From Conidiobolus incongruus B7586 (lineage: Eukaryota): a stretch of DNA of 50,208 nt. Both the position numbers and the translations under genes were made by a program. Below, one piece after another: positions 1 through 14,100 of this stretch (within the stretch, counting starts at the first letter, position 1; each line of letters starts with the position of its first letter). The notes beneath the pieces were generated by a model. That model was not told the DNA's origin and made no database searches. It worked only from the letters and a program-made list of their open reading frames with translations. The stretch is from NCBI GenBank assembly GCA_000697335.1, contig JNEM01010037.1, positions 1 through 50,208 of the forward strand, given 5' to 3'.

Positions 1-744
1 TTTTAATTTTTTCAAGTTTTAATTAAATTATAAGTTAATTATTTTATATTTTTATTAATTAATTTAAGTTTAAACTATAAAAAATATATAAATACTTATG
101 TAATTAATATAAAATTATATTAATAATTTTTAACTTAAGTAAATAAGTATTTTTTTAATATATTTTTCTTTATTAATAGATAAATACAATATTAATAAAA
201 ATTGTTTTTTTAAAGCAACTTGTAAATAATATCCTTTTTGTTTTAAAATAATAAATGGTAATTTTAGATAAAATATTATCTTTATAATTTGTTTGTCAAT
301 TTTAAATAATTTTAAAGAGTTTACAATGATGTTTTAATAAATTAAAATAAAAAACTTTTGATGATTATCATTTAATTTAAATAAAATTAAACTTTAAATT
401 TTTAGTTAAAAATATTTTAATAAATAAATACAAATAAAAATATATTGTTTATAAAATTAATTCTCTTATATGCTTTATATATAATTAATTTTTAAAACTA
501 ACAATAAGTTTGAAAAATCAGAAATTAAAAAATTTACTATTTTTTTCTAAACTAATATTTAGCTAAAAATTCAATATATACATTTAAATTCAGTTTGATG
601 TTTTTCAGATTCATTAATCATCATTGTAAATATTAAATTTATTGAAATATTATTCAAAATTAATTTCAGTTTTTATTCAACTTTGATATGTGTATATGAA
701 ATATAACTTGATAAATACTATTGAATTTTATTTTTAAATGGAAA

Positions 745-3246
745 TTATCTTTTATATTCATGATTTAATAAAGTTTGACCTTCTACTTCAGAATCACTAT
801 ACTCAGATTCCTCCTCTGTTTCTTCATATTCTGAAGATTCTTCTTCTTCGGTTTCGTATTCACTCTCATCTTCATCTTCATCCTCATCCTCATCATCTTC
901 CTCATCATCGCTTTCGTAATCGTCGCGAATATTCGAAGTCCTTAGAGAATTGATATCCATATCCACATCATCGTAAAAAGCGTCTAAATCGTTGATATAA
1001 CGTTTGGGTGGAGATGTTGTGGTTTTGGCAGTGAATGATGTGGTCGAAGTAGGTGATTTAGCACCTCCAAATGCTGGGTTAGTAGTAGCAATGGTCGTCG
1101 TTTTAGAGGTCCATGACGAAGTACCCGCATTACGTTGGGATCCATCCGGCTTTTCGATTGGCCAGTCTGGTAGAGGTTCGTAACCAGTGACGGTGTGGCC
1201 AAGTTGGAGGGATGCTGACCCAATCGTGAAATTTTGTTTGCCTTCTGTGGAGGAGAGATATTTGGGTGCGGATTTTTCTGAGAGGAGAATGGTTTTCAAA
1301 TGGCTGGATAGACTGGTTACATCCAAAGGTTCACCATCTTTGGGTTCGTTCAAATGATGGAATCCTTTGAGAAAACGAGCTCTGTCTCTTAAGTCATAGT
1401 CGACATCGTATCTAGCAAGTTGTATGACGTAGTTGAATAATTTAGAAACCATAGGCTCATTAGGAAGTAAAATAAGTAATTTGGAAGCTAATGTTAGAAT
1501 TTGTAACTTAACAGACACTTCCTCTTCTTTGAATGATTTACAGAATTGTCTCAAAATATCAGGTGCATATTGGGGTACTAAATCAGCATATTGTCCCACT
1601 AGCCAAAGGATACTGGATTTGCCGAGGGGTACAACAACTTGCTCCAAATTATATATAAGAGTGCAAATATGCTGAGTGTTTTCTTCACGCGGTCTAGTTT
1701 GAAGTAATCTTTTGATCACTACAACAGCCTCACCAACTATAGATGGATTCTTTTGTTGAACCAGTGTCATTAAACCCTCTAAACATGTCTCTGCCACTGA
1801 GGGTACTTTGTTAGCTAATCTACCAATCGCTTGAATAGATACAACAGCAAGTGTACTATCAGAGGAACGAACGTACTCGCCCAATTCGCTCAATAAAACT
1901 AGAGCGTTATTCGCATCACAAATACAGGTCAAAATTTCTAATTTGAGGTCGCGAATAATTTTATTATCTCCAGGACGTACAAAAAATTGATTTAGATGAG
2001 GGGAAAAGATTTCCTAATAAAAATTAATGTTAAATGTAAATAATTGATGATAAAATATACTTACAGGTCGATTATTAGCCATAGATAAAATATTAGTCAA
2101 TACTATAAACTGAATTTCTCTGTATGATCTCAGTAATCGAACTAAAGGCTTTCCAATTTCAGTAGCTTGGTGAATGGGAGCTAAATGATATAATAGTGAA
2201 GCAGTCTGAAGGACCACACTTGAATTTTGACTCTTTAACAAAGGTAATACCATACGAAGTAATAGAGAGTGATCGGGATCAAGTCCTTGCATGGATAGCG
2301 AATCCACATCCGAATAAAAATCTTTTTTGGGATTTTGGGTACCTGGTTGATTGGGATTCAAGAAGTGGCACCTTGAATAGCGAGTGAGTAGATTGAGCAT
2401 GGCAATTTGTGACCATTCGTCCACTTCCACTAACATATGGCAGAGCTTGCGATAATGAATATGAATTAAATCGTATCTTGTGGGGCATAATTCATTAAAG
2501 GCTGTAATAGCACCTCCAATACTGATGGCAGATTCATCCTTTAAATATATTTCTATAAGTTCTATTAAGCCTTTCTTTTGATTGGGATCTAGTCTAAAAA
2601 ACTTTAATGAGAAAATAATATAAAATTTTAATAATTACATACTCATAAAGTTTCACCATAGCAAAAGCTGCAGACTTCCTCACATAGGGAGAAAGGTCGG
2701 CAACGCATTTACGAATAGCTAATAAAACAATAGGAGCAATAACTTTGACCCGAATTGATGACATCACCCTTAAAGCCATAGCTCTTATCACGGGATTCGA
2801 ATCACTCAAATCTTTTTGGAAAGTATTAACCGATAGCAAAGCCAAATCGGGCTCTTGTTCAGCATAGCGTATTAAATAAATATAAACCAATTTGCGCACT
2901 TCCAAACTACTCGAAGCGACCAATTTGACAACGGATGCGAAGTGGTCACTCACATCTTTACCCTTACTTATCATCTATAAAGGAATAATTAAATATCAAA
3001 AAAATGCTCAATAAAATTAAATATTACAGCAATTAAAATTTTCAATCCAGTTAATTTTTCCTTATCATATTTACTATCTAATAAATTATTCACTTGTTCT
3101 AACTTTTCTTCACCATTTTCAAATAATTGCAGAGTATTATCAATTCTAAAATCTTTGGCATTTTCAACCAAATTTTCAGACAAGTTTTTACTAAGTTGAG
3201 CTGCACTTTGAGCGAGCTGAGCCGCCCGATTAATATATTCACTCAT
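745..3246 (-). CDS. APL6: AP-3 adaptor complex beta subunit (4 exons; introns 2975-3027, 2594-2642, 2014-2064)
   Basis: Adaptin_N motifs ([64 protein letters not shown]) and an acidic tail typical of beta3. Three GT-AG introns join the ORFs in frame by hand translation. Confidence 0.92.
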
Positions 3247-3825
3247 TTGATTTCTAGTTGATTATGTTAATTAAATAGTATTTATATTTTAATGATAATG
3301 GAGGGTGATGGAATGTTTAATTGACTATTTTGTTTACCTGAACATTATTCAATATGTTACATTGTAACGATTTATGGGAATTTTTATTATTTTGCATCAG
3401 CAATATTTTGAATTAGTAATTTGACATCTGGAATTTTTCATTTCAAAAATTATTTCAAGCTATATTAAATTATCGATAATTATTACAGTCAATTTGAAAT
3501 CTAAGTATCCAAAACAAAATAATTTGAATTTTAAATATATGGTATTTTAATAGAATAGCCTTTATTGATTATATTTATTATTATTTCAAATCACAAGTTT
3601 GACAATTGAATAAATAACTAAGTTTCATTGGAATATTTTGTTACAATTTTCACTTAAACTTTCAACCCATATTTTTTCCAAAACAAATCGAAATTAAACA
3701 AAAATAAAATTCAATCATTCTAACTGTGATTCATTTATTAACTGAAAAATTTATTATATTTCACAATTAAATTAATAGACAATACAAAGTATAAATAATT
3801 TAATATTATTTTAAAATAAATAATA

Positions 3826-5290
3826 ATGTTAGAAAATCAGAATTCAAAACAAGGTACTCAAAAATATAAAAAGTAACATTAAATTATATGATTAACTCAA
3901 ATAATTAGAAACCAATTTATCTCTCGAAAATTTTCTTCAAAGTGCTTTAATTCCCGTTGAAATTGAAAAAGATTTAAAGATTGCGGTAGTGAGCTCGAAT
4001 TGGACGCCTTGTGCTTCTTTGTGTGAAGAATTGGGCGGTTATAAAGTATTGGAAAGTAAGCTGAAAGAGCGACAAATATATGTGTTTCAAGAACAGTTAA
4101 TTGAATTGGAGGATGAGGAAGAACAAGGAAATAGCGAAGAAAGTGATAATAATTTAACTGACCAAACGGAAGGGTTAGAAATCAAACAAAATATTCCCTC
4201 TGAAGAACCTTTAAAACCTGTGCTAATAGCTGCTTTTACAACTTATGAATATTACAATGAGTTGGAAAGTCCTAATCACAACAATGTGTTTATTTGTATC
4301 GATAAGGTGGATACAACAGGAGCTGTTCAAGATACGAAATCTTCGGTAATACGTCAATTGATTCGTGCTTATTTAGATTATATACATTATACATTTTCAA
4401 AGGATCAAATATTGTGTTACGTGTTTGCTAGAGCTCAACCCCAATATTTGTTTGTGAATTCGTCGGATTACCCAAATAAACATCCTTTGTCAGATTCACA
4501 GTTATGTAAATGGTGGAAGAAGACTTTATCTCAATCAGTGTCTAAAATTCGTGGTGTTTCGAAAGAAAATGACATTAACAATTGGAAAGGCCTGTGGACA
4601 ATTCCTGGATTTCAACCAATTGAGTGCAGAAGTATAGAAGGAAAATTAGTAGAAAGTCAAGTGGAATGGGAGTGGGGTATTCCTTATCCATTGAATGCTT
4701 CATCCGAAAAAGTGATCCCAATCCTTCCTGATGATTGTAAATCTCGAATGATTTATGATCACGAATCTTTAAATGTTAAAACACTCTTCGAAATGATTGC
4801 GATTGGAGAAGAGTGTGGATCTGGAAAAAGAGCTGGTTTATTCTTTTTGAAAAAGGATCCTAAATCTTTAGTCAAAGGTGAAACTCCTGCTGAAGATGGT
4901 AATTGTACGAGTGAAGACTTCACTCAACTGTTAGAACTCTTATTAGAAAAGTTACAATTTGATGATTTGTACAGTATTGTTGATAGCTCTGCCCAAATAT
5001 TTAAATGGTTGAATGATCATCAAATTACAGTGAGTGGCTCTGAAAATCATCCTGATATTGAAAGCTTTATTCCTAATCCAGCAGAAGTTCCAACTGTTGT
5101 TAATACAAATTTGAGCATTAACAGAAAGGGAGATAATCAAGTAAATGAGTTGCCTTCCTCTATGATTAAAAGAAAAACAGAAACTACTGTTAACGAGTTA
5201 CCATCTAATTTGATTAAGAGAAAATCGGACGCAACTGTGAATGAATTACCCTCCAATTTAATCAAAAGAAAACCTAAATCTGAATTATAA
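3826..5290 (+). CDS. RTT109: Histone H3K56 acetyltransferase Rtt109 (ATG 3826; intron 3854-3908)
   Basis: Motifs DKVDTTG, FARAQPQYLF..S...KH.L....L.KWW and IPILPDDCKSRM resemble Rtt109 (SKADT, WW, FPDDPKARF). The upstream ATG plus a 55-nt intron joins in frame to the GTG-started ORF. Confidence 0.85.
5141..5278 (+). repeat. 48-bp (16-aa) coding tandem repeat x3 at the Rtt109 C-terminus
   Basis: VNELPSSMIKRKTETT / VNELPSNLIKRKSDAT / VNELPSNLIKRKPK, with units starting at 5141, 5189 and 5237. Confidence 0.9.
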
Positions 5291-6293
5291 TACATTGTAC
5301 AATATACAAATAAATCTAGCTTTATTATACATTTATAAAATATTCTAATTTACAATTCTTCATTTGTTATACTATTATAATTTGAACTTTTTACATTTAA
5401 TATTTATTAAATACACTCAAATAACATCACTTAATATTGCTCACCAATATACAACTTGTTAAATATTTGTACTCTTAAGAATAATTAAATTGACTCTGTT
5501 TCATTAAAAGATAAAATAAATAATAGTATTTTAAATATGAGAAAAAAAATTAAAGATTATATTGATAAATATAACTTTATAAGTCATCATTTAGATATGA
5601 GATTCAATAAATGTATAAAATATATTATTATAATCTTTACATTCATTTAATAATTCATGCCATAACAAAGTTTGATTCATCATAGGCAACATATTTATTA
5701 ATAAGTCTATATTATAATTTACAATAACTCACTGAGCCTATAATTTCAGAGATATAAAGAGTGAAAAGAAAGACCAGATCTTAATAAGAGATTAAGCCAG
5801 CTTAACCATTTAGCATAGTTTGAATAGCAAGATGCTAATATAATAATATTGTCCATTAAGATATATGAGGAGTCCCGAAATTAAAAAACAATTACAAGAA
5901 ACAAATATATCGAAAATATATAATACATATCGATGCATAATCAAAAAGTAATCTCCTCACAGCAATTGTAGTGAATGAAGTTTTTAATAAAATTATTCGA
6001 TTGAAATTAAAAATTGAAAAGTTATTATAAGGTATGGTTTCGTTTTTTGGCTTCATAGATAGGATTAAAATTAACGTAAAGTTAATGGTGTTCATTATAT
6101 ATCCTTTGATCAGAGTGCAATAGAGTATTAAGTGGGTAGGTAGGGTGTGAAGAGGTGTAAGTTGGTTGGAATAGAAGGTACTTGAAATAAAATAAAACTA
6201 TGATGTTTCTAAGAAAATCTGAAGTGGTGCTTGTCAAGATTAAGTCCAGTGCTTAGAATTGACAGCCTCCTCATCAAGCCCAGTCAGGTTTAT

Positions 6294-7470
6294 TTACAAG
6301 AAGTAATCCGGGGTTCTACGAGTGACTTGAGGTTCGCCCTTACGAGGAGCAGGATCATATTGAAGGCTATTAGAAAAATGGTTATTATTAAGATTGAAGT
6401 GGGTTAGTAAAGATATATAACTTACAAAGTATGTTTTAGATTTTCATCGAGTTCCATAATAGCAGCTTGATTACCGCAGCGGTAGCAATAGTTGGGAGCA
6501 CTGAAAATAGTGACAACATTTCCTTCTAGTGACCAATTGAAACCCTAGATGACGTAATATTAGTATTATTCAATCCAAAAAAGTTTTAAGGAATGAAAAG
6601 GGGATAGAATCCTACCTCCATAACCAATTGATGAGCTCTGGCAATAAGAGAGAGACCGTTGGAATGATTGAAAGATTCAGCGATATCTTGACCAAAGGTG
6701 TAACCAGCACCACGAGGAGAAATACCCCATCCAGTACGGTCATCAGGATCAGACCAGAGCAAGTCACACATAGGTCCTTCATGGGGAACTTCTTGAATAC
6801 GGTCTATTGAGCGGATTTGATCCAAAGTATCAATTGAAGGGGATAAACCACCATGGAGACAGAAAATCTACATTGGAGAGAAAAGATTAGAATTTTTGAG
6901 AGTAAAATAGAATAATAATGAGGTTACTTGGTCTTCAATCAAAGCAGTTAAAGGAAGATAGTCGAATAAATCAGTAAAAGTTTTCCAAACGTTAGCGTTG
7001 CCGTATTTACGTAAGCATTCATCGTAAAAACCGTAGACTTGAGTAATTTGACGAGATTCGTGATTACCACGCAAAATAGTAATTCTATCTTTATAACGGC
7101 ACTTATAGGCAACCAATAAAGTAACAGTTTCAACAGAAAAATATCCTCTATCAACGTAATCTCCCATAAACAAGTAATTAGTATCAGGTGCATTACCACC
7201 AATTTTAAAAAGTTCTACAAGATCGTGAAATTGACCATGAATATCTCCACAAACCGTTACAGGACAACGAACGGGCTGAACATTAGATTCTGATATAAGA
7301 ATTTCTCTAGCCTATTGAAAAAGTTTGAATAAAAGAGCAGATGAAGGTTAAATTAAAAATTATACCATATCACATAATTTTTTGATATCAGCTTCGCTCA
7401 ATTGTTTACACTCTGACAACTCTTTAATCCAGTTATCCAGATTAGCATAATTATTAGCAATATCCACCAT
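6294..7470 (-). CDS. PPH21: Ser/Thr protein phosphatase 2A catalytic subunit (5 exons)
   Basis: GDIHGQ, GDYVDRG, RGNHE and [11 protein letters not shown] motifs, plus the diagnostic C-terminus [13 protein letters not shown] at 7470. Confidence 0.96.
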
Positions 7471-8955
7471 TTTGATTAAAATATATGAAGTATAGATGAA
7501 AGTGTGATTTTAATAGAGAGGGAAAGTTTAAAAAAATGAATAATAATAATAATAATAATCAAAAGAGAAAACGATTTAGTTTAAAATTTCCAATCAAGGT
7601 GCTTTTAAATGACTTTACATTGACTCATGCTAGGAGATTTCTAATTCAATCATTACCAATAAATTCTAGTTCTATTCCAATTGCACTCAACTTCAATTAG
7701 TTTATACACAGAATCTCTATGATTAATATGGCATACACTATCTAATAATTGATAGGATATGCAATTAATGTCTTTGACTAGGAATTCGTTTAGAAAATCT
7801 GAAATCCAATGAGGAGAATTAAAAGGGGTCAATACTGGATAGTTGACCAATCATATCTTCCCCTACTCAATATAATCAATTACCTTTAAGTATTATTCAA
7901 AATTAGATAATTAGATAGATTAATTTTATATCAAATATGATTATTGAATTAGTTCATTATGGCTTTTATCATGCTATATTAATAATTATATTTTGATATC
8001 TTCCTTTATTCTAAATATATAATAGTTTTATTAATACTAACTTTAAACTTTGAGAATTTTTGAATTAAAATAACTTGTAATAGATATGATTTCACAATTT
8101 TGACAAAATATATTTTGAAAATTATGAAATAATAGATATATCACAGATAATTTTATAATTAGATAAATGTGAATACAAAGATACAGAATTGGATTAAATT
8201 AATTGAATTTAATCTCAATTCAATTTAAATGAATTCAAATATTTTTTTAATTAACTTAATCTGAATTACTTTTGGTAAATAAATAAGTTGCTGCATATTA
8301 GTGCTGTATTCATATTTTTTACCGATAGTCTTTTCTATTTTGAACTGTCAAACAAAAAAGAAAAAATTTCTCACATTTTGTAAAATGTTGGATGATCAAC
8401 AAGACTTTATTAAAAATGATTAATAAATTTAGCATTCATCATTTTCATTTAATATTCATTGTAACAGTACAAATACTAGAGATTCTATGGGATTTATTCA
8501 TGAATTGTACTGTGGTTTGATTTAAAGATACTAAATGCAGGAAATTTTATATTTTTCAGGATATTTGCCCATTATTCTATTGTTGTCAGATATTGAAAGA
8601 ATTTAAACATTAAGGATTTATATAAATTATGAATATGTTCAATGAAGATATAAGATAAGATATATTCTATTAATATTACAAAATATTCAATGCATAAATA
8701 GTTTTTATTATGATGAAAATTTGAATCAATTACAAAAATTGACGAAATATTAATATACTTGAAAATTGATAAAGATCGAAAAGAAGTTTGCATTAAATTT
8801 AAATTATGGGTTAATATGTGATTGTACAATTATGCAATTTGAATTATAAATAACGTAATCAAAAAATGCTGAAAAATTAAATCCCATATCAGTCAATTTT
8901 AAAAATACTATATAAACAAGTCACTTTGATTAATAATATGGTTATATCTATTAAA

Positions 8956-9467
8956 ATGAGTGAAATAACAACTACTATTAAAAGCCCAAGAATCGAAATT
9001 CATTTTTGTACAGGTTGCAAATGGCATCTGAGAGCTGGTAAGTTGAATTGATCCCTTTTAAGATATTTAGTAAATAATAATTTTTAAGGCTGGATGAGTC
9101 AAGAGTTATTCAATACATTTGGCCCTGATATCGGCGAGTTGGCCTTGATCCCTGGTCCCAGTGGCACTTTCAAAATAGTCGTCAATGGAGGTAAAATCAT
9201 TTATATATTTGCTTTATACCGTTTCATTAAAATGTAATGTGGTTATAGAACTTGTATTTGATCGTAAAGTCGAAAGTCGATTCCCAGAAATGAAAGAAGT
9301 GGTAAGTTTAAGAAACATTAACTATCCCACGTTTAGCTAAATAACTGGTTTGTTAGAAACAACTCGTAAGGAACAAAATTGCACCTGATCTGAAATTAGG
9401 CCACAGTGATACACCAGTTTTATCAGCTGCTAATAGTCAGGCATGCGTTGAATGTAACAAAGGTTAA
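8956..9467 (+). CDS. Rdx family (SelW/SelT/SelH-like) thioredoxin-fold protein, Cys form (introns 9038-9088, 9191-9248, 9302-9356)
   Basis: Hand-spliced translation: MSEITTTIKSPRIEIHFCTGCKWHLRAGWMSQELFNTFGPDIGELALIPGPSGTFKIVVNGELVFDRKVESRFPEMKEVKQLVRNKIAPDLKLGHSD...ACVEC. Not in the ORF track. Confidence 0.88.
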
Positions 9468-11170
9468 TTATCTGGTATGATATTGGTATTTATTTGAAAT
9501 CGATTATTTAGTATTCAATTACTCAATATTATATATCTTCAATTATATTCAAAATTGAGTTGACAAATTTATTATTGATGTATAAAATATATATTCAAAT
9601 ATAAAAATGCTTTAGAGTTTATAAATATATATAAACTATATATTTTAGATATCAGATTATAATTTTAATATTTTAAATCATTTGATTCATTCATTTCGAT
9701 ATAAATTATCTTTTAGATTTAGTCAGTATGAGTGCTTTACTTATACATATTTTAAATAATTAATACACAAGTGAAAATATGGAACCGCAGAAAGATTAGC
9801 GTATAATTTCTATATGAATTAAAATAACGTATCTTTCCAGAATTTTCTAAAAGATTATATGGTGGGGTGTATACTATTGCGAATAATGTAAATATTAGCA
9901 TATAGTAAAGTTTAAAACAGCACTATATAATGCACTAAAAATCGTGAAATTTTTGGTACTATCATCAAACTTAAAATTGGTATGAACTATTTTTAATAAA
10001 AATCAATATTAAAATAGTTCTACCTCAAAACTGATTATCAATTAAATCGAGGTTCTACTTGTTTTACTCTCAGATCATAAATAAATATTCGACTAAAATA
10101 ATTAAATAAAGTGATATATTATAAAAAATTGAAATACAGAAACTCTTCAAATTTTTTACAATCATATATTCCATCCATTCACTATCAATTATACGAATAT
10201 TTACATCGGTTACAGTATAAAGTAGTTTTAAAAGACATCATGAGATTCAAAATGTAAATTCAAATATCAAGTTACATCTTGGATTTTTCAAATTGAATAA
10301 TTACAATAACACGATTATTATACAGTTTATCTTTTGAAACCAAATCTATTTTATATAATAATGATATTAAAATATTTAAAATCAAATATCCAATGTATAT
10401 TATAAACATTGGATATGATAGAAAAATATTAGAGGAGTGTTACAAATTATTTTTTGTTTCGAATATAATGGTGAAAAAAGTAGATATTTCTAACAGAACA
10501 TTATTGAAATTTGATTGTCAATGTATCTTATCGTATTATAGATCAATGTTCAATTTTGAAAATTTATATAATAAATTAATTTTTGATATTGAGAATATTT
10601 TACATTAAAATTTTCCATTTTTTAATTAGCTTGGAAAATAATCAATTGATCAGTTGAGTTCAAATGTAAAAAATAATTCAAATAATCATTGGTGTTAACT
10701 TTATTCACTAATAATATCTTATTTTAACTATTATATTATTATCTTTAATGTATATATATTAATTAATCATTTTTTAACTCTTGAGATTATTAAAATCTCT
10801 CTAAAATTTTTCCATAATTACCATAATTGGAAATTCTCAAACAAACTCTCAGAAACTTCCCAATTACCAAATTAGAGTATTCATTAATTAACAATTCTAA
10901 ACTTGACATATCAAGTCAATATTATCCCATAAAAGTCTAATATTATCCTATGATCGCCTCATTTAATATAAAACAGATCATTTAATTAATTTTTATTAAA
11001 TTATATAAAAAGATTCAATTGATTTTATAGAATACAATCATTATTAAATTTTATTTTGTATACTATCAAAAACTGTAAACAACAAATCTTTTATTGAAGT
11101 TGTTATATCTCGAAAAATTTTTATTTGTTTTTATTATAATATAAGTGGATTAGTATAAATATAATTCATT

Positions 11171-14100
11171 ATGGGTATTCCTAAATTCTTCAGATGGCTT
11201 AGGTAATTAGGATATAGTTTAAATAAGAGAAGCTATTGTTGATAATTTTTCCTATAGTGAAAGATATCCTTTATGTAGTCAGCAAATAGATTCTAAAGGA
11301 ATCCCTGAATTTGGTAAATTTAGCACAAATTAGTCCAAGTCATCAGATGTGTAACAATATCAATTATAGACAATTTATACCTTGATATGAATGGTATTAT
11401 CCACAACGCCACACATGCCAACGCTGGCACAGATAACTTGCCCTCTGAAAATCAGATGTTTTTGGATATATTTGCATATATCGAAAGAGTATTCAATATT
11501 ATATCACCCAAACAACTGTTCTTCATGGCTGTAGATGGTACCATTCAACACTCAAACTCTAAATAACCTAAATTTTGAACTCATTAACTCTAGGTGTTGC
11601 ACCACGCTCTAAAATGAACCAACAGCGAGCTCGAAGATTCAAGACTGCTGAAGCAAATTCCAAGCTGAGAGAAAAACAAATTCAAGCTGGTGAATCCATC
11701 GACAAACAGAACTTCGACAGTAATTGTATTACGCCTGGGACTGTGTTTATGACGAGATTGTCCCTCCAGTTGAAGTACTTTATTCATAAAAAGATTTCTG
11801 AGGATGTGAAGTGGCGAAATGTTAAAGTGATTCTTTCCGGCCACGAAACTCCCGGTGAGGGTGAACATAAGATTATGGAATATATTCGTTTATCTCGCTC
11901 TCAGCCTGATTATGATCCCAACACCCGTCACTGTATTTATGGGTTGGATGCTGATTTAATTATGCTTGGTTTAGTCACTCACGAGCCTCATACCTCATTA
12001 CTCAGAGAAGTTCAAACGTTTGGTAAAAAACGTAAAACCGAAGTGAATCAAGTGAAATTTCATTTATTGCACTTGAGTCTATTGCGAGAGTACTTTGATT
12101 TAGAGTTCAGTGTCAACAAAGACAAGATGAAGATTAAATACGATCTAGAGAGGTTGATTGATGATATTATTTTGATTTGTATGTTTATTGGGAATGATTT
12201 CATTCCTCATCTTCCAGAGTTTCATATTCATGATGGTGCTCTCGATTACGTTTTAACCGCTTACAAACTATGGCTTATTACAGCTGACGATTATCTTCAC
12301 AAGAATGGAACCATGAATCTCAAGTCAATGGAAGCATTCTTGAGAACGATCGATGCTTATGAATCACATAGAGTTGAAGCTATGCCCGATAATGATACGA
12401 TAAAGGCGGAACTCAAGAAGAAAAAAAAGAATTTAATGTCCAATCAATTCGAAATGACTATTGCACAAAATGCAATGTACCAAAAAGCCAAGTCATTACT
12501 CACTGATCCTACCCTCAAAAGTGTTGTTCTCTCCAATCAAGATTTGCCAGAGGATGATTTGGAATTTATGGAAACTATGGTCCAATCTCTTAGTTTGAAT
12601 GCTCCCTCGAGAACTGAAAATTCCGATGGATCAGTTCAATACAATTTGGAATTAACATCGGACCAAGAAGACTTTTTAAAAGAGAGATTGGAGGGGGATA
12701 CAGATGCTAGTGATTCTGAAGCTGAAATGGCTATCAAACGAGTCTTGAAAAAGTATGACCAAGCCAAGATCATACAACCCAAATCTAAGGATGAGCTCAA
12801 TCAAGCTGAAGTATCTAAGCATCACAACTTCAAGAGGGATTACTATTACGAAAAGATGAGAATTGATATTTCTAAACCTGAAGAGTTAAGACCTTTAGTC
12901 AGTTCTTACATTCGAGGCATTCAATGGGTTTTATACTACTATTATCGTGGTATTCAATCCTGGGGATGGTATTATCCCTATCACTATGCTCCCATGTTAA
13001 CTGATCTTGTTGATATTTCTGATTTTAGCATGGAATTCGAATTGGGTTCCCCATTCCTTCCATTTCAGCAGTTGATGGGAGTCCTTCCCAAGCTTAGTGG
13101 AGATCTTGTCCCTCCCGCTTTCCGTGTCTTGATGGAAAATCCCATGTCCTCCATTGCCGATTTTTACTCCACTAATTTCGAAACTGATCCCAATGGTAAA
13201 ATCAATGAATGGGAATTTGTCATTTTAATTCCTTTCATCGATCAAAGTAGACTTGTCAAAGCATTGAAGGAACAAGAGCATTTATTAACTGATGAAGAGA
13301 AAGAAAGAAATAAATTCAGAGAACCTACAATCTATGAATATGATCCGTTCAACAGAACTACGTTCCCTTCCACCCTTCCAGGTTTCCTTCCTCCGATCAC
13401 CAATTGTACTTGTACAAGTAGAATTTATAAATTACCAGAACTCCCTGCAGGACAAGATTTCAAATTTGGACTATTGCCAGGAGTTAAACTTGGAGAAGAT
13501 TCTCTCGCCGGCTTCCCATCTCTCCATACTCTGAAATTCACTTCAGTTTTAGCCAGACACTCCATTTTGGTGTTCCAGCAGGAGAGTAAGAGAGAATCTA
13601 TTGTGATTACTTTGCAAGATTCCGATTTAGCCAAATTGAATGCTTCCCAATTGGCTAAGAAATACTTGGGTAAATCAGTTTATATTGATTGGCCCAATTT
13701 GAAGGAAGCCAAGGTTGTGAAAATAGTCGATAAATTTGCTATTTATACTCTTGGTAATGGACAAGTTGTTGAAGAGCCTCACTCTCCTAAATCACTTCCT
13801 CACTTTGAAAATGCCGCAGAGAGAAAAGAAAATTATTATGACAAGCATTTAGGTGTGATTACTGGTCCAATTGATATTTTAGTATATGTCCAACCCGTTG
13901 TAGGGATGCAATTAAATCCCAATGGTAGTCTTACCAAGCGATTTGGCGCTGATGAAGAGGCTCACCCTGTTCAAGTTATTCTTCCATCTGTCAAATTTGT
14001 GGATCCAAGATATATTGAATTACCTCCTTGTCCAATGTCTAAAGATTTTCCAGTTAAGACTAGAGCTTTTATGTTGGGTGAGCCTTACTACGGAGCTGCC

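Noticed and set aside
738..1675. Short antisense or alternative-frame ORFs such as the His-rich 738-953 and similar ones across the window
   Set aside because: They are shadows of real coding regions; the His-rich ORF is the antisense of the Asp/Glu tract.
9007..9033. Selenocysteine (UGA) in the Rdx/SelW-like gene
   Set aside because: The motif is TGT-ACA-GGT-TGC (CxxC). The nearby TGA in CAT CTG AGA is out of frame.
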